A stretch of DNA of 37,159 nt from Candidatus Poseidoniaceae archaeon (GTDB lineage: Archaea; Thermoplasmatota; Poseidoniia; Poseidoniales; Poseidoniaceae), in contig JAQXFL010000033.1 in the NCBI GenBank assembly GCA_029250345.1, positions 1 to 37,159 on the forward strand. Direction: 5' to 3'. Of the stretch, positions 35,825 to 37,159 are shown one piece after another. Positions within the stretch are counted from its first letter, which is position 1; every line of letters starts with the position of its first letter. The translations under genes and the position numbers were made by a program. The notes beneath the pieces were generated by a model, which was not told the DNA's origin, searched no databases, and was given only the letters and a program-made list of their open reading frames with translations.

Positions 35825-37159
35825 ATGAATCGAATAGGCCCTGTAGTCATTGGATTGATATTTCTCATGTTTGCAGCACCGTTATCCAGCATGGTAACGT
35901 ACCAAACTCTAGAACTTTCTGAACAAAACATTCAGCATGCTGAAGGATGGAACAAAGACATCGATGTCCCTACATGGCGTATAGGCGATGAGTGGGTCTA
36001 TGAGACCAAATTTGATGTCGCTCAACTGATTGCACAAGCCAATGTTTCTGCAACATTGAACACACTCACCGGTGACACAACCTACACAGTCGAGGATATC
36101 CTCTTTGTCACTCTCGACGGTACACAGACACTTGTATACAAACTCGTCCTCGATGGAGATTTTACATCTGGGAACAACGGTGCGACCCTTGAAGGAGTGA
36201 CTGGAAGACTCAATATCGGATATGAAGGAGAAGATCTTGTTCGAGTTCGTGACCTTGCGGTTGTCAACTCCGAGTTCACACTCGATGTACGGTTCAGACC
36301 GTTCAATCTCGGTTTCCTCGAACAGGACATCGGTGAAATCACCTTTGACACCTATTATTCACCACCAAAGGAAAAGTACGACTTCCCGCTCCACACCGGC
36401 GACCAATGGTACATGCCATTCTACAGCGGCACGGGAGTGTCAGGAAGTTCAGATTACTTTGACCCGACTGAATTCGATAATCAGGGACCAGAAAACAACA
36501 GCTGGCAAATCACTGCTGATGGCGTCCCAACCGACGGAACCAGCTCGATTATTTATTCAGGGTGCGATGATTCATTCAAAATCAATGAATGGAATCAAAC
36601 CGGAGTATCACAAGGTTACAACTGGTATTGCCCCGCAGTTCGGTACAACTCTTGGATGCGTGTCAGCAACGCTGCAGGGTTTACCATTGACTGGCTGTTG
36701 AAGAGTTATTCACCGGCTGATTCCTATGGGATTGCAGCCGGCTCATCACCGGGTACACGCAATATCGAAGTCGATATCGACCTGCAATTTTTGGCAACGC
36801 TTCCAGACTCTGAACAGATGGTAACAGCAACCTATGCAACTTCGCCCAGTGGCACACCGCAAGGAAATACGAACATGCAGATCCGTTACGAATCCACGGA
36901 CTTGTTAGCCAATCCAACTACCGACGGCTCTGGCGTCATCAATTACATGCTCAACGTCTCGGACGGCATGGATTCTACACCATCAAGTGATGATTACTCC
37001 AGTAACGGAATCATTGTTTGGGACCCTGTTAACGAAATCATCGGCGCAACAACCGTCGTCATTGATTTGAATGTTGTTGCCATAGATTTGGTTGCACAAT
37101 CCGATTCAATCATCGTTACCCGCACACGTGGTACTGAAGTCGCTACTCTCAACAAAGCG
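35825..37159 (+). CDS. Secreted surface protein, paralog of 32184-35765, 3'-truncated (absent from the ORF track)
   Basis: Translated by hand in stretches that share one frame to the window end: MNRIGPVVIGLIFLMFAAPLSS...DVPTWRIGDEWVYETKFD...YDFPL...GCDDSF...GYNWYCP. These match DVPTWKVGDKWIYSGTFD / YDFPI / GCNASY / GYRWYCP in the upstream gene. Confidence 0.88.
   Translation, partial: MNRIGPVVIGLIFLMFAAPLSSMVTYQTLELSEQNIQHAEGWNKDIDVPTWRIGDEWVYETKFDVAQLIAQANVSATLNTLTGDTTYTVEDILFVTLDGTQTLVYKLVLDGDFTSGNNGATLEGVTGRLNIGYEGEDLVRVRDLAVVNSEFTLDVRFRPFNLGFLEQDIGEITFDTYYSPPKEKYDFPLHTGDQWYMPFYSGTGVSGSSDYFDPTEFDNQGPENNSWQITADGVPTDGTSSIIYSGCDDSFKINEWNQTGVSQGYNWYCPAVRYNSWMRVSNAAGFTIDWLLKSYSPADSYGIAAGSSPGTRNIEVDIDLQFLATLPDSEQMVTATYATSPSGTPQGNTNMQIRYESTDLLANPTTDGSGVINYMLNVSDGMDSTPSSDDYSSNGIIVWDPVNEIIGATTVVIDLNVVAIDLVAQSDSIIVTRTRGTEVATLNKA

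Noticed and set aside
36082-36917. Short ORFs listed near the right end
   Set aside because: They are superseded by the unlisted + strand frame running from 35825 to the window end.

Overview
A gene-dense archaeal chromosomal segment with 21 CDS, two of them cut by the window edges. Archaeal TBP, mevalonate kinase, a MutS-like HhH-ATPase and large acidic membrane-anchored surface proteins point to Marine Group II Euryarchaeota (Ca. Poseidoniales); this assignment is an inference from gene content. Housekeeping genes (ileS, cysS, nadE, trhO-like, mutY, trxA, tbp, mvk, a FadF-like Fe-S oxidoreductase) are interspersed with secreted hydrolases and giant surface proteins. I found no rRNA, tRNA, CRISPR array or mobile element. 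Three observations stand out. (1) A ~2130-aa surface protein carries a 413-aa segment of five type-A half-repeats followed by five type-B half-repeats, bracketed by two Cys, suggesting a nested (Russian-doll) out-and-back stalk next to a reelin-like domain. (2) A non-canonical TATA-like hexamer (YT[C/G]A[A/T]R) starts exactly 29-30 nt before ten start codons, while only tbp has a canonical, doubled TATA box at that spacing. (3) IleRS has the altered GIHH signature motif. All calls come from reading the sequence; no searches were run.
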